Origin: Bacteroidota bacterium
Lineage (GTDB): Bacteria; Bacteroidota; Bacteroidia; Bacteroidales; FEN-979
Reading direction: 5' to 3'
NCBI GenBank assembly: GCA_026391805.1
Contig: JAPLDJ010000017.1
Span: forward strand, 19,378-83,377
DNA length: 64,000 nucleotides
Shown here piece by piece: positions 1 to 8,996 of this stretch. Numbering within the stretch: the first letter of the stretch is position 1; each line of letters starts with the position of its first letter. The notes under the pieces were generated by a model. It was not told where the DNA came from and ran no database searches. It was given only the letters and a program-made list of their open reading frames with translations. Made by a program: the position numbers and the translations under genes.

Positions 1-50
1 TTTTGTATAAGTATTATTGAAGCCCTAATATTTTCATTTATTCTTCCAAT

Positions 51-851
51 ATGAAAACAATTTCCGTTTTGTTGATTCCCTTTGTTTTAACAGGGCTCAT
101 GATTGTCAGCATGAACCAGGCCTGGTCCCAGGACGTTAAAAATGAAGGTAAAGAATGGAATAACTTCAGAAAGATTGCTTTGGTTGTAACTACAATGGAA
201 AAACCCACAGGTCCTTCACTTCCGCTGGACAATGCAGTTAGAATTCAAAACCAGATAGATAAAATCTTGGAGGATATCATTAAAGTTGAACAAGACAGAT
301 TAAACTGGATCAGGGAAACCACTGTACAACAATTGAGCAATACTTTTCGGGCAAAAGTTCTTTGGGGCGATTCCTTGAATTCTTTGACCGGAATCCGGAA
401 TCTAAAGCCAAAGTATAAAAGGGTTGTTTCTGTTATGCTGGATGCCAGAAGAAGCTATCCGTTATTTGTGGCTGATACCGGTGACCTGAAACCGTTTCTC
501 ACCTATTACAGCGATGCCGAAAAGTTTTTCAGCAAGCCTGCAAATTATCAAACCATTATTGACGAAATTGGTCATACACTGCAAACAGATCTTATTGCCG
601 TTTGCAATGTACATTTTTCAATAAAAGTAATGGTTACTTACCATATTTATGTGACAACCGAGGTGTTTTTATTTTATCCTGACGGAACACTGCTTTCAGG
701 AGGAAGTGGTTCTACAGAGGGAGTGAAAAATACGTCAATGAAAGATGTGTTGGATTATAAATCTGCACTTTCGGTTTTTCCAACCTCGCTTTATCTAGCC
801 TTGGAAGAGATTAAGCAAGATATTTCAAAAAAACAGAAGAAAAACAAGTAG
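51..851 (+). CDS. hypothetical secreted protein
   Basis: 266-aa ORF with an ATG start. Signal-like N-terminus MKTISVLLIPFVLTGLMIVSMNQAWSQ. No catalytic motif recognised. Confidence 0.55.
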   Translation: MKTISVLLIPFVLTGLMIVSMNQAWSQDVKNEGKEWNNFRKIALVVTTMEKPTGPSLPLDNAVRIQNQIDKILEDIIKVEQDRLNWIRETTVQQLSNTFRAKVLWGDSLNSLTGIRNLKPKYKRVVSVMLDARRSYPLFVADTGDLKPFLTYYSDAEKFFSKPANYQTIIDEIGHTLQTDLIAVCNVHFSIKVMVTYHIYVTTEVFLFYPDGTLLSGGSGSTEGVKNTSMKDVLDYKSALSVFPTSLYLALEEIKQDISKKQKKNK

Positions 852-958
852 ATAATAGTTGACGATTCCTTTATAAAGTAACCAATCTAACGTTTCACTC
901 TTATCTCCCTTCGCTTAGCGAATTGTAATGCCGCTTTCCTGTCTTGTCAAATCTTTCG

Positions 959-1009
959 GCAGAATTTTAAATTCTGCTTCATCTGAGCGGAAATACAATT
1001 TCCGCTCAG
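959..1009 (+). terminator. two tandem hairpins downstream of 51..851
   Basis: Hairpin 1 is gcagaattt/aaattctgc (959-978). Hairpin 2 is ctgagcggaaat-aca-atttccgctcag (983-1009) with a 12-bp perfect stem. The T-run lies only at 1024-1030, so terminator function is tentative. Confidence 0.35.
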
Positions 1010-1086
1010 CGCAGGATTATTAATTTTTTTCCGCCTTCGGCCCTCCGCCTTCTGACTTCTCTTTTATCTTTACCGAAAATTAAGGG

Positions 1087-1824
1087 ATGCGGTTTCTGCT
1101 TGGTTTGCTTGCCTTATTCATCATCCCCGGATCAGCTGTTGCCTGCTGGGACGGGCTGATCCTTATTGCCCGCGATCCGCAGCTCTGGGTCCCTTTACTG
1201 GCAGGTTTCGGAGGAGGGATTTTACTTTACCTGCTCATCATCCGAAGGCTCCCCGGCATCTCCACCTTCGAGCATGAGCTCACACATGCACTGGTGGCGC
1301 TGCTCTTTTTCCGCAGGATCCATAAGTTCACGGTAACCTGGAAAAAAGGCGGACAGGTGCAATATTCGGGAAACTTCGGCGGGGAATTCGGGAACCTGCT
1401 GATCGGCATGGCGCCCTATTACCTTCCGACATTTTCACTTGCTGCCGTCCTCGTAAGACCATTTCTTCCAGCTACATGGTTCCCATGGTTTGACGGTATC
1501 ATCGGCTTTACCTTTGCCTACCATCTTTTCTCAACCGCAGAAGAGACAAAACAATCGTGGACCAAACAGTCCTTTACTGCTGCCGGCGACCGCCAGCCAA
1601 CGAAATCGGATATCGGTAAAGTAGGATATATATTTGCATTCCTGATCATTGCCGGCCTTGGGCTGTTCCTCCTCGGAATTGTCGTGCGGATGATCGGCCA
1701 GGGATACTCAGGGCTGTGGCCGTTTCTGAAACAGGTGGCGCGGGTTTCCTGGACCAACTATTCCGACCTGGCCATAGCAGCTTATTCCTACATTGCGCCC
1801 ATTCTGAAACACTGGTTTTCCTGA
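1087..1824 (+). CDS. polytopic membrane protein with HExxH motif (M50B-like/DUF3267-like putative zincin)
   Basis: 245 aa with several hydrophobic segments. FEHELTHALVALLFF places an HExxH motif at a membrane boundary. Confidence 0.5.
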   Translation: MRFLLGLLALFIIPGSAVACWDGLILIARDPQLWVPLLAGFGGGILLYLLIIRRLPGISTFEHELTHALVALLFFRRIHKFTVTWKKGGQVQYSGNFGGEFGNLLIGMAPYYLPTFSLAAVLVRPFLPATWFPWFDGIIGFTFAYHLFSTAEETKQSWTKQSFTAAGDRQPTKSDIGKVGYIFAFLIIAGLGLFLLGIVVRMIGQGYSGLWPFLKQVARVSWTNYSDLAIAAYSYIAPILKHWFS

Positions 1825-1996
1825 AAGGAAATGACCATAACCCCGGAACCGGCTTCTTCATCGACCAATAACCGGATAACAGCGAATACATTTTCTGTTT
1901 CTGCCTGCAGAGGTGAAATTTGTACCCTGACCCTGTAACGTTTGGGAAATACGGGAGTCTAATGACCGGCATCCTTAATAAATATTTTAGTGTACC

Positions 1997-2671
1997 ATGA
2001 TCACCTTACAGAAAATCCATAAATCATACGTCACTGGACAGAACAGCCTTCATGTGCTGAAGGGAATCGACCTGGAGATCAAAGCCGGGGAAATGATCTC
2101 GGTAATGGGGGCATCGGGATCGGGAAAGTCGACCCTGCTCAATATCCTCGGGATCCTTGATAACTATGATTCCGGCGAATATTCGCTGGACGGAATACCG
2201 ATCCGGAAGCTAAGCGAGCGCAAAGCTGCAGCCATGCGGAACAAACTGCTGGGATTTGTTTTCCAGTCGTTCAACCTGATCTCATTCAAGAATGCCATGG
2301 AGAACGTCGCTTTGCCCCTCTATTACCAGAAGGTCAGCAGGAAAAAACGGAACATCATCGCCATGGGATACCTGGAGCGCCTGGGATTGAAGGACTGGGC
2401 GCACCATCTGCCCAATGAGCTGTCGGGCGGACAAAAACAACGTGTAGCAATTGCCCGTGCACTGATCACGAATCCCAAGGTCATCCTGGCCGATGAACCT
2501 ACCGGTGCGCTGGACTCAGTGACATCCCTCGAGATGATGGACCTTCTCCAGGAGATCAACCGTACCGGGATTACCATGCTGATCGTTACGCACGAGCACG
2601 ACATCGCAGAACGTACCCAGAAAACCATAAGGATTACCGACGGGATGATCACGGAAATAATTAATAATTAG
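1997..2671 (+). CDS. ABC transporter ATP-binding protein, MacB/LolD type
   Basis: Walker A GASGSGKST, signature LSGGQKQR and Walker B ILADEPTGALD in a 224-aa protein. Confidence 0.9.
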   Translation: MITLQKIHKSYVTGQNSLHVLKGIDLEIKAGEMISVMGASGSGKSTLLNILGILDNYDSGEYSLDGIPIRKLSERKAAAMRNKLLGFVFQSFNLISFKNAMENVALPLYYQKVSRKKRNIIAMGYLERLGLKDWAHHLPNELSGGQKQRVAIARALITNPKVILADEPTGALDSVTSLEMMDLLQEINRTGITMLIVTHEHDIAERTQKTIRITDGMITEIINN

Positions 2672-2679
2672 GTTGTTTC

Positions 2680-2760
2680 GTCCGCCTGCGGCGGACTCGC
2701 AATGACAAAAAGGCGAACAGCGAACAGCGTTGCTTTGTCGCGGCGCTCCTCGCAATGACA
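2680..2760. repeat. intra-operon intergenic word repeats plus hairpin
   Basis: Hairpin gtccgcc-tgc-ggcggac (2680-2696). Tandem gcgaacagcgaacagcg. The 12-mer ctcgcaatgaca occurs twice (2696-2707 and 2749-2760). Confidence 0.7.
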
Positions 2761-2778
2761 GGCTGAGAAAAGAAAATT

Positions 2779-4017
2779 ATGTTTGAGATTGATAAGTGGC
2801 AGGAGATTTACAGCACGGTTAGGAAGAACAAGCTCCGGACGTTCCTCACAGGGTTCAGTGTGGCCTGGGGGATCTTCATGCTGATCATCCTGCTGGGATC
2901 CGGAAAAGGACTGGAGAACGGCGTGGCAGAACAGTTCAGGGGCGGAGCCACGAACGGGGTCTGGATCACAAGCGGAATCACCAGCATGAAATACAAAGGG
3001 CTGAAAGTCGGCAGGGAGATCAAATTCAACAATGAAGATTACAATGCCCTGAATGTTTCGGTGAAGGGACATGACCACATCTCAGCACGTCTGTTCCTTG
3101 GAAATAACCTGGTGTCGTATAAAAATGAATACGGATCCTTCTTTCTCTCACCCTGTCATCCTGATTATGGCTATATCAAGGAAATTGAGCTCATCGAGGG
3201 AAGGTTCCTGAACTACATCGATATCAGGGATTACAGGAAAGTAGCCGCCATAGGGGAGAAGGTCAAAACTGCCCTGTTCAAAAAAGGAGATACCACAGCC
3301 CTTGGCAAATACATTACCATTAACGGGGTGTTGTTTAAAGTCATCGGAATTTTCAGGGATTTCAGCAGGAATGACAACGAGCTAAAGCGCATCTACATCC
3401 CGATATCAACAGCCCAGCGGGTCTTCAACGGCGATAATGTCATACAGCAGATCTCCTTCACCACCGGGAGTGCAACGCCGGACGAGGCCAACCGGATGGT
3501 GGATAATTCCAAATCACTGCTTTCGAGGCGTCATACCTTTGATGTCAATGATCAGAGGGCCATCGAGGTGTGGAATAAAAGCGAGGATGTCAGGAGGTTT
3601 TCTGCCCTGTTTGCCGGGATCCGGATGTTCATCTGGATCATCGGGATCGGGACCATCATTGCCGGGGTGGTGGGCGTCAGCAATATCATGATGATCGTGG
3701 TGAAAGAACGCACCAAGGAGATCGGCGTACGGAAAGCCATTGGGGCAACACCGGTTTCGATCGTCGGACTGGTACTGCAGGAAGCTATTGTTATCACATC
3801 ATTTGCGGGTTATATCGGGCTTGTGCTGGGCGTCGGATTACTGGAGCTGATATCGAAAAAGATGCCGGCAAGCGACTTCTTCCAGAACCCGGAAGCCGAT
3901 TTTTCGCTGGCGGTCGGGGCCACCATATTGCTGATCGTGGCCGGTGCCGTTGCAGGATTTGTTCCTGCGATGAAAGCAGCGAAAGTGAGACCGGTGGAAG
4001 CGCTGAGAGACGAGTAA
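2779..4017 (+). CDS. ABC transporter permease, FtsX/MacB-like
   Basis: N-terminus MFEIDKWQEIYSTVRKNKLRTFLTGFSVAWGIFMLIILL. One TM helix, a large periplasmic domain, then a C-terminal 3-TM FtsX module (VKERTKEIGVRKAIGA). Confidence 0.85.
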   Translation: MFEIDKWQEIYSTVRKNKLRTFLTGFSVAWGIFMLIILLGSGKGLENGVAEQFRGGATNGVWITSGITSMKYKGLKVGREIKFNNEDYNALNVSVKGHDHISARLFLGNNLVSYKNEYGSFFLSPCHPDYGYIKEIELIEGRFLNYIDIRDYRKVAAIGEKVKTALFKKGDTTALGKYITINGVLFKVIGIFRDFSRNDNELKRIYIPISTAQRVFNGDNVIQQISFTTGSATPDEANRMVDNSKSLLSRRHTFDVNDQRAIEVWNKSEDVRRFSALFAGIRMFIWIIGIGTIIAGVVGVSNIMMIVVKERTKEIGVRKAIGATPVSIVGLVLQEAIVITSFAGYIGLVLGVGLLELISKKMPASDFFQNPEADFSLAVGATILLIVAGAVAGFVPAMKAAKVRPVEALRDE

Positions 4018-4053
4018 ATTTAATTACAAAATACAAATTACGAACTACATATC

Positions 4054-5316
4054 ATGTTTGATCTGGATCGGTGGCAGGAGATTTATCATGTGTTGCGCAA
4101 GAACAAGATGCGGACATTCCTTACCGCTTTTGGCGTTTTCTGGGGCATTTTCATGCTGGTGATAATGCTGGGTTCGGGAAATGGTTTGCAAAATGGCGTT
4201 ACACAGAATTTTGGCGACATGGCCACCAACAGCATCTTTGTGTGGGCACAGCAGACATCGGTTCCCTATAAAGGATTTTCACGGGGAAGAAGCTTCAATT
4301 TCGAGAACCGGGATGCAGATGCCATTCGTGCGGGTATTCCTGAGATCAAGTACCTTGCCCCGCGAACAAATGTCGGCGGTTTTAACGGAAGCAGCACGGC
4401 GATGCGCGGACTGAAATCAGGAGAGTTCGCTATATTCGGCGATTATCCTGATTATAACCTGATTGATCCGGTGAATATAACCCAGGGCAGGTTTATCAAT
4501 GATCTTGACATTAAGGAAAAACGAAAAGTCGTTGTTATCGGAAAGAGGATCTGCGAAATCCTTTTTGAACCGAAAGAGAACCCGATGAACCAGTACATCA
4601 AGATCAACGGCATGTATTTCAAGGTGGTCGGTATCTGTACATCAAAACGAACGGGAGAACAGGCCTCCCAGGAAAACCAGCGGATTTTTATGCCTTTTAC
4701 AACCCTACAGCGGACATTCAATTACGGCAATGCTGTTGGATTTTTTGCGGTTACTGCAAAAGAAGATGCCCCTATGACTGCGATGGAAGATAAAGTCATT
4801 TCACTGCTGAAAAAACAGCATTCCATTGCACCATCCGACGAAAATGCCATCGGCCATTTCAACCTTAAAAAGGAATTCGACAAAATGACAGGGTTGTTTT
4901 TCGGGATCAGGCTGCTTGTCTGGATTGTGGGGACAGGAACACTCCTGGCGGGCGTGATCGGGGTCAGCAACATCATGCTGGTAGTCGTAAAGGAACGGAC
5001 GAAAGAGATCGGCATTCAGCGGGCACTCGGGGCATCACCCTGGATAATTATTTCCGAGATCATCACAGAATCGGTTGTTCTGACAACATTTGCCGGATAT
5101 TTCGGCCTGGCCGCCGGCGTTGGTTTGCTGGAACTGATCAACTGGCTGCTGACAAAATCCGGGGCCAATACCGAAATGTTCGTTCATCCGGGAGTGAACT
5201 TTAATGTGGCTGTCACAGCGCTGGTCATCCTGGTTATTTCGGGAGCCCTTGCAGGATTTATCCCGGCACGAAGGGCCGTATCCGTTAAACCCATCGATGC
5301 ACTGAGGTACGAATAA
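4054..5316 (+). CDS. ABC transporter permease, FtsX/MacB-like (paralog of preceding gene)
   Basis: Same layout and conserved blocks as 2779..4017 (DRWQEIYHVLRKNKMRTFLT and VKERTKEIGIQRALGA). Confidence 0.85.
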   Translation: MFDLDRWQEIYHVLRKNKMRTFLTAFGVFWGIFMLVIMLGSGNGLQNGVTQNFGDMATNSIFVWAQQTSVPYKGFSRGRSFNFENRDADAIRAGIPEIKYLAPRTNVGGFNGSSTAMRGLKSGEFAIFGDYPDYNLIDPVNITQGRFINDLDIKEKRKVVVIGKRICEILFEPKENPMNQYIKINGMYFKVVGICTSKRTGEQASQENQRIFMPFTTLQRTFNYGNAVGFFAVTAKEDAPMTAMEDKVISLLKKQHSIAPSDENAIGHFNLKKEFDKMTGLFFGIRLLVWIVGTGTLLAGVIGVSNIMLVVVKERTKEIGIQRALGASPWIIISEIITESVVLTTFAGYFGLAAGVGLLELINWLLTKSGANTEMFVHPGVNFNVAVTALVILVISGALAGFIPARRAVSVKPIDALRYE

Positions 5317-5390
5317 ATTACGAATAAGGCCACTTTATTGCCATAAACAACTGAATAAAAGATTACATAAAAATTCAATAAACTGAACTG

Positions 5391-6494
5391 ATGAAGAAGA
5401 TATTGAAAATCGCGGCGCTTGTCATTATCCTGGGAATTTTTATCCTGACGATCGTCTACCTCTACAACAAATCACGCCAGAAGCCGGTCGTTTACCAGAC
5501 GGAAAAACCTTTTCATACAACCATAACCCGGAAAACCGTTGCTACCGGATCGGTTGTTCCGAGGAAAGAAATTGAGATCAAGCCTGTTGTTTCGGGTATC
5601 ATTGAGGAGATCTATGTGGAGGCCGGTAAAACCGTGCAAAAAGGTGACAACATCGCCAAGATCAGGATCATTCCCGACCTGGTGAACCTGAACAATGCAG
5701 AGGGCAGGCTCGACAGGGCAAAGATTGCTTACGAGGATGCCAAGATAAACTATGACCGGCAGGAGAAGCTCTTCAAGGAAGGTGTTGTGGCACAGGCCGA
5801 GTTTCAGCCCATCCAGGTTGCCTTCAAAAATGCAAAGCAGGAGGCGGATGCTGCCGAGGCCAACCTTGAGCTGATCCGTGAAGGGGTCAATAAAAAATCA
5901 GGGAAAGTGACAAATACCATTATCACTTCCACCATCGCCGGGATGATCCTTGATGTTCCGGTGAAAGTCGGGAGCAGCGTTATCGAGGCAAATAACTTTA
6001 ATGCAGGGACAACCATTGCAGCAGTGGCCGATGTGAAAGACATGATCTTCCAGGGGAAAGTGGATGAAACGGAAGTCGGGAAAATCAAACCGGGAATGAA
6101 CCTTTTACTGACGATCGGTGCGATTGAGAATGACACCTTCCTGGCTACATTAAAATACATTTCCCCAAAGGGTGCGCTTGAAAACGGTGCCGTGCAGTTT
6201 GAGATCAAGGCGGATGTCAACCTCCAGGCGGATCAGTTCATCCGGGCGGGCTACAGCGCCAATGCAGATATCGTTCTCGAGCGGAAAGCCAATGTGCTTG
6301 CCATAAAGGAAGGAAACCTGCTGTTTGAAGGCGATTCCTCCTACGTGGAAGTGGAAACCGGTCCGCAGAAATTTGAAAAAAGGCTGATCAAAACGGGACT
6401 CTCCGATGGGATCAACATTGAAGTGATATCAGGCCTTTCGGAAAAAGATAAAATTAAAGTACTTCAACTCAATATGGGGGCAGATAAAAAGTAA
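5391..6494 (+). CDS. efflux periplasmic adaptor (membrane fusion protein, HlyD/MacA family)
   Basis: N-terminal TM anchor, a lipoyl-like segment (GIIEEIYVEAGKTVQKGDNIAKI), a coiled-coil region and beta-barrel domains. It follows the ABC genes. Confidence 0.85.
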   Translation: MKKILKIAALVIILGIFILTIVYLYNKSRQKPVVYQTEKPFHTTITRKTVATGSVVPRKEIEIKPVVSGIIEEIYVEAGKTVQKGDNIAKIRIIPDLVNLNNAEGRLDRAKIAYEDAKINYDRQEKLFKEGVVAQAEFQPIQVAFKNAKQEADAAEANLELIREGVNKKSGKVTNTIITSTIAGMILDVPVKVGSSVIEANNFNAGTTIAAVADVKDMIFQGKVDETEVGKIKPGMNLLLTIGAIENDTFLATLKYISPKGALENGAVQFEIKADVNLQADQFIRAGYSANADIVLERKANVLAIKEGNLLFEGDSSYVEVETGPQKFEKRLIKTGLSDGINIEVISGLSEKDKIKVLQLNMGADKK

Positions 6495-6504
6495 TTCAGT
6501 TTTG

Positions 6505-6512
6505 TATCTTTG
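6505..6512 (+). promoter_or_regulatory. putative Bacteroidota -7 box (TAnnTTTG)
   Basis: tatctttg lies 22 nt upstream of the ATG at 6534. Confidence 0.4.
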
Positions 6513-6533
6513 GTGATCGAAAGGCCATAGCAT

Positions 6534-7361
6534 ATGCGCAGTAATATTTCGATCAAAACCCGTGAGTTATTCCGTTTTCTCGTCTATGCTTTCATCTGCT
6601 ATGCGCTCTTTATTTTTGTTTTCGCCTGGCTCTATTATGTAACTGACAGCATTGCCCTGACAGCTTATTCATCAACAGATATAGAAAAAGTTGATTTCGG
6701 GAAAGCGCTTTATTTCAGCATTGTTTCATTTCATACGATCGGATTCGGCGACATCCATCCCATCACCAACCTGGGACGGACACTCGTTATGATTCAATCG
6801 GGCATTTCGATCTTCTTCACGGCCATGTTTTCCGGCTTGCTGGTCTATTATGTGATCAAGCGGCCCAACGATATTTTCTCCACGCATAAGATTTATATCC
6901 GTTTCAGGGATGAGGCGTACTGGCTTTCGATCCGGCTGGGCAACAAAGGGCGGTCGATCATCGACCTGAAAGGAAGATTTGAAGCATGGACCATCGAAAA
7001 TAATTCACGGATCAGGGCATTCCAGAGCAGCCGTGAATTGCCCGACCTGGAGCGGATTCTCTATTATGACATCAACCTTGATGATCCCAAACACCATAAA
7101 CTGCGGATGGCCCTGCAGGAAGCGCTCCGGGGGAAATACCGGCTTCACATGAAGTTTTCGGTGATCGGGAATGACATCAGAACAGGGGAGCAGGTGGCTT
7201 TTGCGAAATACTTTGATTCTTCGGATCTCCTGTTCGGCCGGATCTTCCACAATGTCTATTCCTGGGATGAGAACGGCCACCGCAAAGATTTCCGCTGGAA
7301 GAATTTCGAACGGATCGAACCCCTTGATCCGGAAGGTATCCGGGCATTTGAGCAACGCTAA
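6534..7361 (+). CDS. two-TM potassium channel with cytoplasmic C-terminal domain (Kir-like layout)
   Basis: The selectivity filter HTIGFGD lies between two hydrophobic helices. It is followed by about 150 aa of beta-rich cytoplasmic domain. Confidence 0.75.
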   Translation: MRSNISIKTRELFRFLVYAFICYALFIFVFAWLYYVTDSIALTAYSSTDIEKVDFGKALYFSIVSFHTIGFGDIHPITNLGRTLVMIQSGISIFFTAMFSGLLVYYVIKRPNDIFSTHKIYIRFRDEAYWLSIRLGNKGRSIIDLKGRFEAWTIENNSRIRAFQSSRELPDLERILYYDINLDDPKHHKLRMALQEALRGKYRLHMKFSVIGNDIRTGEQVAFAKYFDSSDLLFGRIFHNVYSWDENGHRKDFRWKNFERIEPLDPEGIRAFEQR

Positions 7362-7386
7362 TCAATTCTTTTCCTTTCAATTTTTA

Positions 7387-7599
7387 CTGAAGTCTGAGGT
7401 CAGAGGGCTGAGGACTGAAGATCTGTGACCAATCTGTGTTAATCCGTGTAGATCTGTGGTGAGAAATAACGAGGTCGGATGGCTGATGTCGGAGGTCGGA
7501 AAAAAGAGAATGGAGGATAGAGGATGGAAAAGGTTCTGTGTAATCTGTGTAATCTGTGGTTAAAAAGATTATTACACGAAGAACCACGAAGGATCTGAG
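7387..7599. repeat. mosaic of at least five different short tandem word arrays
   Basis: In order: ctgaagt/ctgaggt/cagaggg/ctgagga; ctgtgacc/ctgtgtta/ccgtgtag/ctgtggtg; ggtcgga x3; gagaatggaggatagaggatgg; ctgtgtaat x2 then ctgtggtt; ttacacgaag/aaccacgaagg. Confidence 0.85.
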
Positions 7600-7660
7600 A
7601 AAGATTCAACCCATCCAATAATTTTTTCAATAATATTTTGATTTTAGAACGATTCTGCAT

Positions 7661-7668
7661 TATCTTTG
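7661..7668 (+). promoter_or_regulatory. putative -7 box (TAnnTTTG)
   Basis: tatctttg lies 45 nt upstream of the ATG at 7713. Confidence 0.45.
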
Positions 7669-7712
7669 CAAAGAATTAGTCTAAATAAAAACAATACAAA
7701 AGAAATTTACCA

Positions 7713-8849
7713 ATGAAAACATCAATATACTTCAGATCTTTTTTTACCCTTTTGGTGGTCTTTACCTTTAGTTTCGGAGGACATGCAACAAAATGGGTGG
7801 TACAAGTATCCAACTTTCAGTTTTCCCCGGCCAGCCTCCCGAATGTAAACCTCGGGGATACCATACGCTGGGAATGGGTGAGCGGATCGCATACCACAAC
7901 TTCTACAACTATTCCTGCAGGAGCATCAACCTGGGATAACCCTATCAACAGTTCGGTTACGAGCTTTGAATATGTGCCGGCAGTTCCCGGGCTCTTCAAC
8001 TATAAGTGCACACCTCATGCGTCAATGGGTATGACAGCAACTTTTACAGTTTCAGGATTTATCCCGACATTGACCGTCACCCCGTCGAACCAGAATGTTG
8101 CCTTTGTTGTGGGAACTACGAATTTTACCGTGACATCAAACTCCAGCTGGACGGCAGTCAGCAACCAGGCCTGGTGCACAGTTACGCCGCAGGGAACAGG
8201 AAACGGAACCATAACGGCAACTTATATCAGCAATCCTAATGTAACCCAGCGTGTGGCATCGATCACTGTTACGGTGAGCGGTATACCGGCGCAGGTGGTA
8301 ACTGTAACACAGGACGGAGCCCCGCGGCAACTGGCCGTCAGTCCATCCAACCAGAATGTATCCACGGCAGCCGGATCCACTGATTTTACGGTAACTTCAA
8401 ATACCGACTGGACTGCATCAAGCAATCAATCCTGGTGCACTGTAACTCCGTCTGGAACCGGTAACGGAACACTTACGGCTACCTATACCGACAATTCTTC
8501 AGGTCCACCGAGGGTTGCAACCATTACTGTTAATGTTGCAGGCCTTTCACCGCAAACTGTTACAGTTTCTCAGGGTGGAACAACAGGAATTGCAAATAAA
8601 TCCGGAAACAACTTCCTCATTTATCCGAACCCGACTTCAGGCGCCATTAACATCGTTCCTGCAGATCCGTCCAACAGTAAACTTGACATTATGGTCACGG
8701 ACATTACAGGAAGAATTATCCAGCACAAACCTGTTAATGAAGGCTCGCAGTTCATCGTTGACCTTTCAGAAAACATGAACGGAACCTATTTCGTCAAGAT
8801 TACCGGCGAAAACGGAACCCTGACAAGGAAAGTGATCCTCAGTAAATAG
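7713..8849 (+). CDS. T9SS-secreted cupredoxin (type-1 copper) protein with two BACON domains
   Basis: Signal peptide. His in SGSHTTT plus C-x2-H-x4-M in YKCTPHASMGM. Two repeats of the SWTA(V/S)SNQ(A/S)WCTVTP.GTGNGT(I/L)TATY type. C-terminal sorting domain FLIYPNPTSG...GTYFVKI...KVILSK. Confidence 0.8.
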   Translation: MKTSIYFRSFFTLLVVFTFSFGGHATKWVVQVSNFQFSPASLPNVNLGDTIRWEWVSGSHTTTSTTIPAGASTWDNPINSSVTSFEYVPAVPGLFNYKCTPHASMGMTATFTVSGFIPTLTVTPSNQNVAFVVGTTNFTVTSNSSWTAVSNQAWCTVTPQGTGNGTITATYISNPNVTQRVASITVTVSGIPAQVVTVTQDGAPRQLAVSPSNQNVSTAAGSTDFTVTSNTDWTASSNQSWCTVTPSGTGNGTLTATYTDNSSGPPRVATITVNVAGLSPQTVTVSQGGTTGIANKSGNNFLIYPNPTSGAINIVPADPSNSKLDIMVTDITGRIIQHKPVNEGSQFIVDLSENMNGTYFVKITGENGTLTRKVILSK

Positions 8850-8872
8850 TGCAGACTGTTTAAGAAAAGCAT

Positions 8873-8901
8873 AACCCGGGGCTTAGCTCCGGGTTTTTTT
8901 T
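8873..8901 (+). terminator. rho-independent terminator
   Basis: The stem aacccgg/ccgggtt is followed by a T9 run. Confidence 0.75.
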
Positions 8902-8911
8902 ATTTGTGACG

Positions 8912-8996
8912 AAAACTGGCGAATTAGTGAACTGGTGAACTGGCGAGGTAATTGTTTCTTGACTTTGTCACTCTGTTACTTTGTCACTTTGTTACT
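8912..8996. repeat. tandem words (aactggyga and gtcactttgt families)
   Basis: aaactggcgaattagtgaactggtgaactggcgagg is followed by gactttgtcactctgttactttgtcactttgttac. The second array overlaps the 3' end of the TfoX gene. Confidence 0.8.

Noticed and set aside
7387-7599. A possible CRISPR array, because of regularly repeated short units.
   Set aside because: The units are 7-11 nt and directly abutting, with no 25-40 nt unique spacers. Several different words alternate, and no cas genes are present in the window.
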